NCBI GenBank assembly: GCA_964035545.1
Contig: OZ037769.1
Location: 8,537,929 to 8,601,928, forward strand
DNA: 64,000 nt
Reading direction: 5' to 3'
Source: Bugula neritina
Lineage: Eukaryota; Animalia; Bryozoa
Shown here: piece by piece, positions 1 through 38,455 of the stretch
How positions within the stretch are numbered: the stretch's first letter is position 1
How the letters are laid out: each line of letters opens with the position of its first letter
Notes under the pieces: model-generated
Database searches by the model: none
Told to the model about the DNA's origin: nothing
What the model saw: only the letters and a program-made list of their open reading frames with translations
Program-made: the position numbers and the translations under genes

Positions 1-3000
1 CTGCACTTGAGACAGCACAGCGCCAACATTTTGGTCACTGGCGTCAGTGTCGAGGATGTACTCCAGAATGGGGTCTGGGTAGGCCAAGATGGGCGCCGTT
101 AGTAGGCAGCCCTTAAGGCGGTCGAACGCTCCTTGTTCGACTGGGGTCCACTGCCACGTCACTCCCTTTGCGATGAGCCGGTTTAACGGCTGTGCTATGC
201 CCGCAAAGTCTGGTATGTATTGCCTGTAATACCCTACCAGCCCCAAGAAAGCCCTAAGTCCGGTCAAGTCTTGGGGGGTGACCCAGTCTTCTATTGCCCG
301 TACCTTTTCGGGATCCGTTGCCACGCCGTTTCGGCCGACAACGTGCCCCAGGTACTTGACCTCCAGCTGCAATAGAGCGCACTTGGAAGGTTTGAGCTTA
401 AGACCGGCACCTCGGAGTCTCTCGAAGACCTCCTGCAGACGACTGACATGCGTCTCGAAGTCTGGGGAGATCACGATGACATCGTCGAGGTAGATCAGCA
501 GCGTCTTCCAATGGAGCCCGCTGAGGACTTGCTCCATCAGCCTCTGGAAGGTGGCTGGGGCGGAGGTTAACCCGAAAGGCAACACCTTCCACTTCCACAA
601 ACCGTCCCGTGTGATAAACGCCGCTTTCTCCTGGGCGTCGGGACTCAGAGGAACTTGCCAGTAGCCACTCAGCAAGTCTAACGTACTGAAGTACTTGCTG
701 ACGGCTAAGGCATCCAGTGACTCATCAATACGAGGTAGAGGGTAGGCGTCCTGTATGGTTACGCTATTGAGTTTGCGGTAATCCACACAGAACCGCCAAC
801 TGCCGTCTTTCTTCCGGACCAGTACGACCGGCGAGCTCCACGCACTATGGGCGGGCTCTATGAGGCCGCGGTCCAGAAGATCCCGTACGTGTCGGCTAAC
901 CTCCTTCTCTTTTTCCGGCCCCAGCCTGCGTGTGGGTTGCCGGACAGGGACTGTCCCTGCAGTCAGCGGTATTTCGTGTCTGACAACTCCAGTCAGCCTC
1001 ACGTCATAATCTCCGCTGCTGAACACATCACCGTAGTCGCGTAGCAACTTCGCCATAGCTTGGCGTTCTTTGTTACTCGCGCAGCCGCCACAGGCTGTGT
1101 CATACAACTCCCGGAGATGTGCTGGGACTGTCCCTCACCCTTGAGTAGGGCACCGAGGGAATGCTTCCGTCGCATCACCTAGCGACGGGCCCACGTCCTT
1201 CTCCTGAACAGAGTGAAAACGGCCCAGCATAGACCCAGCCGGAAGCTTGACAGACTCGGTAAAGGGGTTGACACACTGCACTAAGATCTCCCCTTGCTCA
1301 GTCAGCTTATGCAGACTGCTGGCAAGTTGGATCCTTTCGTGCGCGCCTTCAACTACCCCGAGTCCAGAGATCCGGCTATTGTTCACCCTGCAGTGAATGG
1401 TAGCCCGGGAGCGGCCTGGTATGGTACGGTTGCGTACCACCTGCACACCTCCCACTAAAAGGCGGCCGAACTTGTCGACGCAGGCGAGTTCTCGCCCGGA
1501 CATCACCATCGCAGATTTACTAAAATCGATGTGACATCCGTGCCATTTTAGGAATGGCATCCCGAGGATGGCGTCCTCCTTGAGCTGACTGACGATAAAC
1601 ATCTCTTGGATCGTTTGATCCCGGACTCGTCCCGTAAAGCTCAATTATACCATAGAAGGGAAGGCACGACCCGTCAGCTAGGGTGCCATACTCCCCCTCG
1701 TATGGTTCCATCTCGCCCCTGACCCTACCACTGAGGGTGTCGAAAAGTTGGCGGCTTAAGAGGTTCGTGGTACAGCCCGAATCAATGAGGAAAGTAACAG
1801 CTTTGCCTTCCAGTTTACCGGGCAAGAAATAGCTGTTCCCATGGGGCTGCACCTGAACTCTCTCTTCAGGCCTTACTTTCGCAGGGAGTACCTCCCTCGC
1901 TTTGGGTCGCGAAGGAGGTCTTTTGGGATGATGGTAAGTGGGCCTCGGAGGTGCCGAGGCTAGATTTCCGGCTACCTTTGTTGGCTCCCATCCAGATTCT
2001 TGGGCTGGTAGCCCTTCGAATCGATTGTGGAGGGGCATGGAAAAGGTAGCAGCGGGGCGGAGCCCCTTGCTGGTCCGTCGCGGCTGTTGTCACTGTTGGT
2101 TGCCAGTACGCGGTGCCCGTCTGGGTGACCTGCGTTTCTTCTTCCCTAGAGGTTTCATCGTCGGCCCGCAGGAGGTGGGAACATCTGCGAGCCGCGGTAG
2201 TTTAACCCCGGAGTTAGGAAGGGACAGTACCTGCGAAAATGTCCTTGATTTCCGCATTCCCAGCAAAAACTGACCGTTTCTCCCGGTGGCGGCGCCGGTG
2301 ACCGTACGGGCTCAGCGGCGGTACCTACTGGGGTTTGGGGTGTCAGTGTTGCTATCAGTTTGGCCAGCATGTCTGTCATTTGAGTGACTTTCGATGCTGT
2401 CGCTAACTGAGCCACGGCAGCCGTGGCGGAGGTTTCCTCCTCTCGTCCCGCTGCCGTGTCCGCGCGGTCTACTTCCACTTGACGGGAGCTCCCGCGACTT
2501 TTATGCATTTGATTTGCTAAGAGGTAAGCTTCCCCCTCTGTCAGAGCATCTTCAACGGTGGTGACTCCCCTAGCTAGAAACTGGTGGTGGAGACCCAGAT
2601 CGTCGACAGATGCTATGAAGGCGTCAAGGGTATACCTCTCGCGGTTGACTGGGGGCAAGTCGCTGTATGCGATCTGTGCCAGCTTCATGACCGCGGCGGC
2701 ATGTTCCCGCAGCGGGGTGCGGGGATCACGCCGCAACCTTTGCAGTCAGGCCCGGGTATCTGTAGCAGAGAGGCCGAAGCGGGCCCGCAGAGAAGCAAAG
2801 ATGTTATTGATGTCTACTCCCAGCCCATAAGGCTTGGCTTTGTCCATCAATGCCATTCTAAGCTTCAGCAGGGCCACCCTACCGAGCCACTGGGCGACGT
2901 CCATTACGTCGCTAAACTCTTGGATGAATTGCTCCACCTCTTCTTCGCCCATGAAGGTGAGCGCCTTTAACCGGTAGCGGTCTTCACTTAGTTCCCTCGG

Positions 3001-3450
3001 AACCCTTCGCTCTTCTACTACATGGTTGACAGGCATTGTCTCTACAGCATTGTCTCTACGCTCACCTTCTACTGCCGGTGGTTGCATTCCAGCGTTTTCA
3101 GTCTCCATCTTGGATGTGCACTATCCCACCGCTGCCACCACTGTTATGATTTTCAGTATTAGGGTTGATATGCAATCCAGAGAGTCTAATTACTTGCTAG
3201 AGAACTTCACCAGGATAAGTCGAGTAAATGAGTATATATTTTAACACAATAACACATTACAAAAACTATACAAATACATCTAATAATACACACATCTAGA
3301 CTATTCAGCACTCTAACTTCGACTGACTAACAGCGGGAAAACTACTACTGCTACTAACTATCAAAACCGCTAATTGGCTATCAATTGTTCCGGGTCAATT
3401 ACGCGACCCTGCGTACTGTGCTGCTGGTAGCTCCACGAGCCACCATACTA
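1..3450 (-). mobile_element. Gypsy/Ty3 LTR retrotransposon A (5' half: LTR, PBS, gag, protease, RT; runs off the window; inactivated)
   Basis: Minus strand: Gag with CCHC knuckle CWECGNQGHFRRYC (2155-3108, in-frame TGA at 2746-2748), protease FLIDSG (1520-2038), RT motifs WRFCVDYRKLN, LDLLSGYWQV, PFGL and YLDD (~480-790). PBS at 3123-3140; LTR from 3142. The LTR outer end (~3450) is approximate. Confidence 0.95.
3123..3140 (-). promoter_or_regulatory. Primer-binding site complementary to the tRNA-Leu 3' end (element A)
   Basis: Minus strand TGGTGGCAGCGGTGGGAT, 1 nt inside the LTR end; same 18-mer in element B (38489-38506). tRNA-Leu assignment from the known 3' end AUCCCACCGCUGCCACCA. Confidence 0.85.
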
Positions 3451-4370
3451 TTTAGAATTCAAAATTCATTTCAATCTTAACTCTATACTTTATTATTGCA
3501 GATTTCTTTACTCAATTACAATTCAAATATAGCTCCATTATCTAACAAAAAGCTTGATGAAGTTAGCTAACTTGTAAAACTCATGCATAGTAACATTTAT
3601 AGTTTAAGTTTCAGACCTGTTATTGGCACATCTCTACAAGTTAACTTTTCCAGTTTGCTTACATTGAACGTACACCACACTCTTTATATACAATATCTTT
3701 TGCACTGACTGTTTATGTTAGTGTTGCACTTTGATTACTAACAACTCTTGATGATTTTGATTTAATTATTCATTTTCGATTATTATTGTAATTTGCAGAT
3801 TATATGGGTAGCTCAAGATATATTGTGAGGTGTATTGGATATTATTTATCATATACGTTTAAATTGGAAGGCAGAAGTTGAACTTTATTCTCACGCACTG
3901 GCATATAACATCAAACCTCCTCTTTCCTTCTTTTTATAATTCATTATTATAGACGTTACTAGTTGATTATAAAGCAAAAATAGCTCTATTACCTTTTAGA
4001 AAAAAATTATTTTGAATCTAATTATAGCTAAGTTACGGACCTGAATAGAGTAGTTCTCTTTTTATTTCAAAGAATGTTTGCTTTAGCTTTTACTTAGCTT
4101 TCACCTTTTATATGTTTCTTTGCACTAAACACTAGCACAGTCTTATACATTCACTGAACGAATTAAGCTAAAAAAACATAGCTAAGTGTATGACACATCA
4201 AGAAGGAAGTTAGTAGAGTATGCTAATCAATTCAGTTTCTTCAAGTCAAATACGCACTCTTAAAAACTGAAATCAACAACATAACAGAAAAGAAAAGCTA
4301 CTCGTTGACTGCACATGGTACATCAATATACTGACTATCACTTACTCTAAAAAGAGTACATGACTTCATC

Positions 4371-30865
<26,495 letters not shown>

Positions 30866-31954
30866 ACTCATAGTATTTCAGTATATAATATGTTATGTTT
30901 ACTCTAATTTATACTACTAGTTTAAAAAAACTCTCTGACACCCTGGTTTATAAAATTATTATATTACATTTACTTTAATGTATATATATTAATGATTAAT
31001 ATAAAGCTCATATTAAAAAAGACAATGGATGTAATGGATAAATAACATTGGATGCATTATATTGTTTAGTGGCTTAATAGAGCACTTTTATATAATGCTT
31101 TCATATTTTATATATAATATTGAGTATATGATATAATATATCATTTTCACTAATTTACACTACTATTTAAAAATAATTCACTGATGCCTTGGTTTAGAAA
31201 TATTATTATAATACATTCACCTTAATCTAAAATCATGCACTAAAACATAGCTCACACAATTTTAAATGCATTTTATTATTCAGTATGTTTAGGCACATGT
31301 TACATCTTTATATATTTATATAATATTATAAATCTACCTTTGTTGTGCGATGCACAATGATTATGTGGGCTTTCTAGTGAGCAATTAGCATTTATCCTCA
31401 AGCAATCTGACTGTAGTTTCGTTTGTAAGCTTTATTATAAACCATAAAATATAACATGAAAATATCTATAAGTATCACCGTAATTGCTACTTTACATCGC
31501 TGCAAGTACACGCTAACTAACTAAAATATTGTTCTGCTTGGCTTAATCCAATAGTTGCCAATCACTCTCTGTGATTGGCAGGGGGATACGCGTGAGGCGT
31601 AAACCATGCCCCATTACACCGCCCCCCCCCCAGCAGGAAGCATACCTTCCTGATATGCACCCACAACAACAAAAAAATATAAAACAAAATACTATAAAAA
31701 AAAACCAAAAAAATATAAGATCTGAACATCACGTAAGGTGGACATATCTCCAAAAGAATTTACACACTATTGAGCAAAATTACGTATTGACATAAAAAAT
31801 ATAACAAAAAGAATAATACAATCCACATACGGAGATCATGTAGCACCGAGATCAGATACAGCCGGAGGAGGAGTGAACGGAGAGAGAGAGAGAGATTGTC
31901 ACCACCTGCAGGTGCGGATAGTTAGAGAAGTGGAGAGGGAGGATACTGTCATCA

Positions 31955-33049
31955 TCAGTCTTGGTCGCCTCGTTTGAGTAGGGCCACGGAGGCTTTGAGA
32001 GTCCTCATCTCCGAGGCGGCTGCGGCAACTCTGGGGGTTAACTGTTGAATTTCAGCTTCTAAGTCGTACATGCGGAGTTCAACTTCTTTCAAGTTGCGAG
32101 CGATGGGAGCCTGCCGTTTTGGGGAGGAGGAATGCCAGCGGCGTTTAGAAGAAGGTTGTATAGAAACAGGAGAGGGGGAGCGTTGTTTCCGAGGTATCTC
32201 GACTCTTTGGAGCAGGACTCGAGGTAGGGTGGTGGGTCGAGGTACAGTCTGTGCTGGAGGAGAGTGGGGTGGCTTTGTAGGTTTCCTGTGTCTGGGGGGT
32301 TTCGAACACGGTCCATGAGTGATGATGCGAGGGGAGGGGAATTCTTGTTTCAGTCGTTCGAAACGGGGGAGGTCTTTAATGAAAGGCTTGATCAGGTTGA
32401 GGAAGGTGGGGAAGTTATATTGATCCACATCATATAGGTGCCCCACATGGCATTCCATGGTGCGCTGGTGTCTGAGGATGTAGTCCCTGTGGTAACTAAA
32501 TTCACCACAGGGACAGAGGGTAGTTAAGAAGTGTTGCGGTACATGGACGCGCAAACGGCGATGGGTAGAGAAGTGCTGCTGACACAGCCTGCAGGTGGTG
32601 CATTCATCATGGCCGCGGTGTAGCTGAATCTGCTCTTCTGTTTCTGGTGCGACCCAGCTATGTTGTTGGAGTAGCACGTCAGGTAGAGATGTGGGAGGTG
32701 TCTCCCCGTTCCAGGCTAGCTCTAGTGGAGGCATGTCTCCGTAGTTGGGAGAGCGAGTGGCGTCTAAAAGAGCAGAATTCTTGTTAGATCGAATTTGATC
32801 TTTACAGCATAATTCTGATGACAATCGACTGTTACTAGTCTGAGAGTCATGCATCTTTTTATACGGCACTCGAGAGACTGTGTCAGAACGTGTAAACTGA
32901 CTGAGAGACATAGTATCAAGCTCCAGATCTAGTAGATCGTCCGCCATTACTATGTCCTCGTCGTCATTCACGTGTGACTCTGTCTCCAGTAACTGTGATT
33001 CAATCAGATCGATTAAATCAGAGTTGACTGAGGTGAGATCTATTTCCAT
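31955..33049 (-). CDS. Element B accessory ORF3: acidic N-terminus, C2H2-type zinc fingers, Pro/basic region, C-terminal coiled coil (364 aa from ATG)
   Basis: Uninterrupted ORF between integrase and 3' LTR. CRLC-x12-H-x3-H, then CPC-x12-H-x5-CH; heptads LKEVELRMYDLEAEIQQL..MRTLKASVALL; no signal peptide or TM. Confidence 0.85.
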   Translation of the reverse strand: MEIDLTSVNSDLIDLIESQLLETESHVNDDEDIVMADDLLDLELDTMSLSQFTRSDTVSRVPYKKMHDSQTSNSRLSSELCCKDQIRSNKNSALLDATRSPNYGDMPPLELAWNGETPPTSLPDVLLQQHSWVAPETEEQIQLHRGHDECTTCRLCQQHFSTHRRLRVHVPQHFLTTLCPCGEFSYHRDYILRHQRTMECHVGHLYDVDQYNFPTFLNLIKPFIKDLPRFERLKQEFPSPRIITHGPCSKPPRHRKPTKPPHSPPAQTVPRPTTLPRVLLQRVEIPRKQRSPSPVSIQPSSKRRWHSSSPKRQAPIARNLKEVELRMYDLEAEIQQLTPRVAAAASEMRTLKASVALLKRGDQD

Positions 33050-33091
33050 TAGTGGAGTGTTAGATCTAAGCAAGCTTACTTGGGAACTCGG

Positions 33092-33099
33092 TATTTATA
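33092..33099 (-). promoter_or_regulatory. Candidate internal TATA box for ORF3
   Basis: TATAAATA on the minus strand in the short gap between the pol stop (33135) and the ORF3 ATG (33049). Confidence 0.5.
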
Positions 33100-33134
33100 C
33101 TCATACTCGACGTTCAAGCTTGGATGTGGATGGA

Positions 33135-36100
33135 TTAAAAAGCACGTCTACTCTTGACCGCGTCGGCGTAGGAAAAGGCTGGGCAGCGTGTTTGTTGTGC
33201 GAGACCGGAACTGTGTGCCCGGAGAGTGGTAATTCCACTCGCTATTCCGTTTTCGCAAAACTTGGTTTTTCCGTGGTGTTCATAACTCCCACGCTTTGCT
33301 GCCAGTCTTTCCGTACGGCGCCCAGCTGAACTTTCATACCTGCCGCTTGTAATGCGGTCGCATACGAAGTCTTGAAGATAAGCTGGGGGTCTTCTAGTAC
33401 GTTGTCCCCTTTCAAGGGGGGGAGGTGTACTAGTGGTAGACGCCGGGGAAGGTGGGGTAGCTGGTGAGGGAGGTGGTGTACTCACCAGTGGGTTGTTATT
33501 CTCCACTGGTGGTGTTTCCTGCCTCCCGTCAGCTGTCATTCTCTCTTCCCCTATGTTCTCTCCGGACGGAGCCCCTCCCGTGGGGGGGTTTTGCACTTCC
33601 GGAAGTATATTTAGTTCCGGAAGTGGTGGTGGTAGTCCTGGGGCCGGACGGCTTGGCTCTGGAAGCAGAGGGTGGGGCCCCGTTGGGGGGGTGGCCTCTC
33701 CTGCCTTGCCAAGTCTTCTGTCCGTGGCATGACCCACTCATCATTGGGTTTATGCCGCCGCCGCCCGCGCATCGTTGTCTGCCTCCTGGGCTCTAACAAT
33801 GGGGGGGCACCCCCGGCCGCACCTGGGCTAGCCCAATAGGGTTTCAAGCGGGCTTCATTCTGGACAAATACTTGTCCAGACCGCTCCAACTTGTAAGTGT
33901 GATTGGGCATCACCTCAACTACCACGTAGGGTCCTACAAACTTAAGCTGTAGTTTAGCCGCCTGTCCTCGACGCCTACGGTAGTTGATCATCCAGACCCA
34001 GTCTCCGGTCTGGTAGAGGGGTGGCTCATCAGCGTCTTCCTGTCGCACCTGCCACTGCTTATCCCGCAATATTTCGTGTGCGACTTTCAGACGCTCTATG
34101 AATTCCCCAGCGTACTCGTGGACAGAGTATTCTGGCTCTGGGATATGATAGGCGAGGTGGTCGGGCACTCGTGTCTCACGACCGAGTGTCAAGAGGTTGG
34201 GGGTCTCGCCGGTGCTGGTATGTGGCGTGCTGCGGTAGGCCCGCATGACCTGCGGCAACACGAGATCCCACTCCTCCTGGCCTCGGCCGAGTAGTAGACT
34301 GCGGAGTGCATCGCCCAGCATCCGGTTGTTGCGTTCGACCACTCCGTTACCCTGAGGGTGGTATGGAATGGTCCTACTTTGGTTTACTCCCCAGAAGCGA
34401 CAGAGGTCGCTCATCAGTTGAGACTAGAATTGCGACCCCTGGTCCGAGTGTAGTTGCTCGGGCAACCCAAAGTAGCAGAATACACGTTGGTCTAGTGTGC
34501 TGGCCACTGTCGGGGCAGACGCATCCGGAATGGCCAGTGCGTCGGCCCACCTAGTGAAGTAGTCGGTCAGCACTAGAATCCAGCTGTTTCCTCTGGGGGT
34601 GATGGGCATGGGTCCGACCAAGTCAACAGCTACCACCTGCCAGGGCCTGCCAGCATAGAGCCTACGCCGTCCCGCCTCCCTGGGGAGACGGCCATGCTTG
34701 CTGGCCTGGCAGATTTCGCATTGTTTGATCCTTAGGCGGACGTCACGCTCCAGATTGGGCCAATACCACCGGAGCCTTAGCTTGGTAAGCACCCTCCGAA
34801 CTCCGGCGTGAGCCTGTCGGTGAGTGTCCCATACTAGCTCCCAGCGCATGGCGGTTGGACAGATCACCCTTTCTCGACCAGGGTGTTCCTGGTCGGCGGC
34901 CAAGGTGATGGTCAGCAGACCATCTGGCCCGATCCGCAGAGAGTCCCAGCGTTGGCAGTACAGCCGTAACTCGGCGCACCCCTGCCGCAGCTGTTCTTTG
35001 CTGGGTCGTCGCCCTTTCCGTTTAGCTCGATATATGTCGGCTACCACCCCAGGGAGGTCCTCCTGGAGTTTCTGCAGCTCTCTGACATTACGAGCTAAGA
35101 CAGGGTTGGCGCGGAGGTTGTTGACAGCCTCCGGTGGGTTAGGACTCCTTGGTTTGAGTTGACCTTGGTCCCAGTCGTAACTCACTCCAGGGTGGTCCAG
35201 TGTCGCCAACTCGGATCTTGGGGGACCCCCATCCCTCCTCTCAATGTTGTGACACTGTTTGCACCCCTCGTCCGGTCGCCGACTCAGTCCGTCTGCATTG
35301 CCGTGTTTCTTACCGGGTCGATGTTCGATCCGGTATGAAAATTCGGCTAGGACTTCGAGCCATCGGGCGACTTGACTGGACGGTTCAGCTCTCTTACACA
35401 GCCAGATCAAAGAGGCGTGGTCCGTCCGCAAGCGGAACGGCCTACCGTAGAGATAAGGCCGGAAGTGTTTCACTGACTTGATTACTGCCAGCAACTCCTT
35501 GCTAGTAGTGCAGTAATTGCGCTCTGGGGGTGTGAGTGATTTGCTGTGGTAAGCTCTGACTACTTCACGGCCTCCTTGCACTTGCGACAGCACAGCGCCA
35601 ACGTTCTGGTCACTGGCGTCCGTGTCAAGAACGTACTCCAGAGTGGGGTCTGGGTAGGCTAGAATTGGAGCCTCTAGCAAGCGGCTCTTGAGACTGTCAA
35701 ATGCCTTTTGTTCGTCGGACGTCCACTGCCAGGTCACTCCCTTTGCGGTGAGCCGATTTAACGGCTGTGCAACCCCCGCAAAGTCTGGTATGTATTGTCT
35801 GTAATACCCTACCAGCCCCTGGAAAGCCCGGTCAAATCCTGGGGGGTGACCCAGTCGGCCACAGCTCGCACCTTGTCGGGGTCCGTCGCCACCCCATTAC
35901 GGCCGACTACGTGCCCCAGGTACTTCACCTCCGGCTGCAAAAGAGCGCATTTGGAAGGTTTGAGCTTGAGACCGGCACCTCGGAGTCGCTCGAAGACCTC
36001 TCGCAGACGACTGACATGGGTCGTGAAGTCTGGGGAGATCACGATGACATCATCGAGGTAGACAAGCAGCATCTTCCAGTGGAGGCCGCTGAGAACCTGT

Positions 36101-36650
36101 TCCATGAGCCGCTGGAAGGTAGCAGGAGCGGAAGTTAACCCGAAGGGCAGTACCTTCTACTTCCACAGCCCATCTCTGGTGATGAACGCCGCTTTCTCCT
36201 GGGCGTCGGGACTGAGGGGGACTTGCCAGTAGCCACTCAGCAAGTCTAAAGTACTGAAGTACTTGCTGCAGGCTAAGGCGTCCAGGGACTCGTCGATCCG
36301 AGGTAGAGGGTAGGCGTCCTGTATGGTTACGCTATTGAGTTTGCGGTAATCCACACAGAACCGCCAACTGCCGTCTTTCTTCCGGACCAGAACGACCGGC
36401 GAGCTCCACGCACTATGTGCAGGCTCTATGAGGCCGCGGTCCAGAAGATCCCGGACTTGTCGGCTGACCTCCTTCTCCGGCCCCAGTCTCCTAGTGGGTT
36501 GGCGGATAGGCAGAGTCCCGGCAGCTAGCGGTATCTCGTGACGGACGGCTCTAGTCAGGCCCACGTCCTGGTCTCTGCTGCTGAACACGTCCCCATACTG
36601 GCGCAGCAACTGGGCCATAGCTTGGCGCTCCTTGTTGCCCACACAGCCTT
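33135..36650 (-). pseudogene. pol: Element B pol (RT, RNase H, integrase with GPY/F and Pro-rich tail), disrupted
   Basis: YLDD, LDTDAS, RNYCTT, HHCC (H..AH..CEIC), VDLVGP, HSDQG, NGVVER, FVGPY, RTRRPPAYLQDFV. Stops at 36157-36159 and 34424-34426; frameshifts near 36690, 35820 and 33700. Confidence 0.93.
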
Positions 36651-38455
36651 CACAGGCTGACTGGTATAGTTCTTGGACGTGTTCCGAGACGGTCCCAACG
36701 CCGCACAGATGGGCGCTCTTGGGGACCCTCCGTCGCCTCGCCCAGCGACGGTCCTATGTCTCCCTCTTGGACCGTGTGGAAACGGCCCAATAGGGATCCA
36801 GATGGTAATGTCACCGACTCTGAAAAGGGGTTGACGCACTGCACCAAGATCTCCCCTCGGTCAGTTAGCCGGTTCAAGCTGCTGGCGAGTTGGATTCTCT
36901 TGTGCGTTCCTTCAACGACCCCTAATCCAGAGAGTTGGCGGTCATTCACTCTGCAGTGAATGGTCGCCCGGGAGCGGCCGGGTACCGTACAGTTACGTAC
37001 TACCTGCACACCCCCGACCAAGGGACGACCGAACTTATCGACACAGGAAAGCTCCCGGCCGGCCATTAGTATGGCGGACTTATGGAAGTCCATGTGGCAT
37101 TGGTGTCGCTTCAAGAACGGCGTCCCCAGGATGGCATCCTCTTCCAGCTGGCTGAGGATAAAGGTTTCCTGGATGGCCTGGTCGCGGACGCGGCCAGGCA
37201 GCTCTACAACACCGTAGAAGGGGATACGTGACCCGTCTGCGAGGGTGCCAGGTTCCCCGGTGTAGGGAGCTAACTCCTTCCTCACCTGGAGAGGGAGGGC
37301 ATCGAAGACTCGTCTGCTGAGGAGATTCGTGTTGCAACCGGAGTCTAGCAAGAACGTGACGGCCTTGCCGGCTACCTTCCCGGGCAGGAAGTAGCTCTCT
37401 CCATGTGGTTGCGACCTTACTTCCCCAGCATGCGTAGTCTCGGTCAGACGGCGTGGTTTCCGTTTGGTGGCCTGCTGGTGCCGCTTCTTCGGCGGAGGGG
37501 TGTTTAGTTCCCCTCCGATGTCCCGAGGGACCTCGCCGGCCAGCTCCGTCTCCGGTAGCTGGCTGAAGCGGTTAGTGATTGGTAGCACGAACGGTTCCTG
37601 TCGTCCGATAGGGCGGATGGTCCGTCGTGGTATCTGCCATTCACGGGGTACGTCCCGTGGTTGCTCTCTCTTCGGCCCGTGAGGCCTCTTCCTGGGTTGG
37701 GGGTCTATGGAGCGGGGAGGCCCTGGCTTGCCGCTTTTCCTACTCCGGGTAGTCTTCCCTGAGGTCTCTCCCTTTTGTCCTCGGTTAGGGGGCCCGGCAT
37801 TGGTAAGGGTCTTTGCCATCTGCTTCAGTCTGACGCTCAGCCGGCCCATCTTCTCCCCGAGTGATTGGGCTACCTCCGCGGTGACTCGTGTGCCTTCTGT
37901 TTTCTCCGTATATGGCTGCTCGGCCCGGAGGTAGTCTTCCCCGACTTGTAGGGCACTTTCTAGGGTGGTCACTCCCTTCGCCTGTAGTTGATGGCAGAGA
38001 CCCACATCTTTTAGGGATTGCATGAAGTCAATGAGAGTAAAGTTCCGTCGGTGTGCTTCTGGCAGGTCGCTGTACGCGCTCCGTGCCAGTCTCTTCACTA
38101 AGGCAACGTGGTCGCGGAGCGGCGTGTTTTCCGCCTGGCGTAGCACTTGTAGACGGGCCCTGGCTTCCAGGGCGGAGGTGCCAAACCGGCTCCGTAGTGC
38201 AGTAAATATCTCCGCCACGCTCCGTCCTTGTCCGAACGGTCTAGCGCGCTCCATCAATACCTCCCGCAGCTTGACGAGGGCTACTTGTGGCGGCCATTGA
38301 GCGATGTCTGCCACATCGTGGAATTCCTCAATGAATTGCTCTACATCTTCTACACTCGTGAAGGTGGGAGCGGTCAGTTTATCTCTATACACCTCCTCCA
38401 TATGCAAGAAATTGGCTGGCTTACCTCCCGGGTGTTTCATTGTGTGCTCTGTCAT
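36650..38455 (-). CDS. gag: Element B Gag-protease in-frame fusion (no zinc knuckle)
   Basis: Capsid-like region homologous to element A Gag (VEQFIEEFHDVADIAQW..LRSRFG), basic linker, FLLDSG protease motif. Confidence 0.9.
   Translation of the reverse strand: MTEHTMKHPGGKPANFLHMEEVYRDKLTAPTFTSVEDVEQFIEEFHDVADIAQWPPQVALVKLREVLMERARPFGQGRSVAEIFTALRSRFGTSALEARARLQVLRQAENTPLRDHVALVKRLARSAYSDLPEAHRRNFTLIDFMQSLKDVGLCHQLQAKGVTTLESALQVGEDYLRAEQPYTEKTEGTRVTAEVAQSLGEKMGRLSVRLKQMAKTLTNAGPPNRGQKGETSGKTTRSRKSGKPGPPRSIDPQPRKRPHGPKREQPRDVPREWQIPRRTIRPIGRQEPFVLPITNRFSQLPETELAGEVPRDIGGELNTPPPKKRHQQATKRKPRRLTETTHAGEVRSQPHGESYFLPGKVAGKAVTFLLDSGCNTNLLSRRVFDALPLQVRKELAPYTGEPGTLADGSRIPFYGVVELPGRVRDQAIQETFILSQLEEDAILGTPFLKRHQCHMDFHKSAILMAGRELSCVDKFGRPLVGGVQVVRNCTVPGRSRATIHCRVNDRQLSGLGVVEGTHKRIQLASSLNRLTDRGEILVQCVNPFSESVTLPSGSLLGRFHTVQEGDIGPSLGEATEGPQERPSVRRWDRLGTRPRTIPVSL

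Noticed and set aside
278-2970. Plus-strand ORFs over element A, and similar ones over element B (32070-38527)
   Set aside because: Antisense shadows of GC-rich gag/pol with no independent motifs.
31955-33073. ORF3 as an env gene
   Set aside because: No signal peptide, fusion peptide or transmembrane helix.
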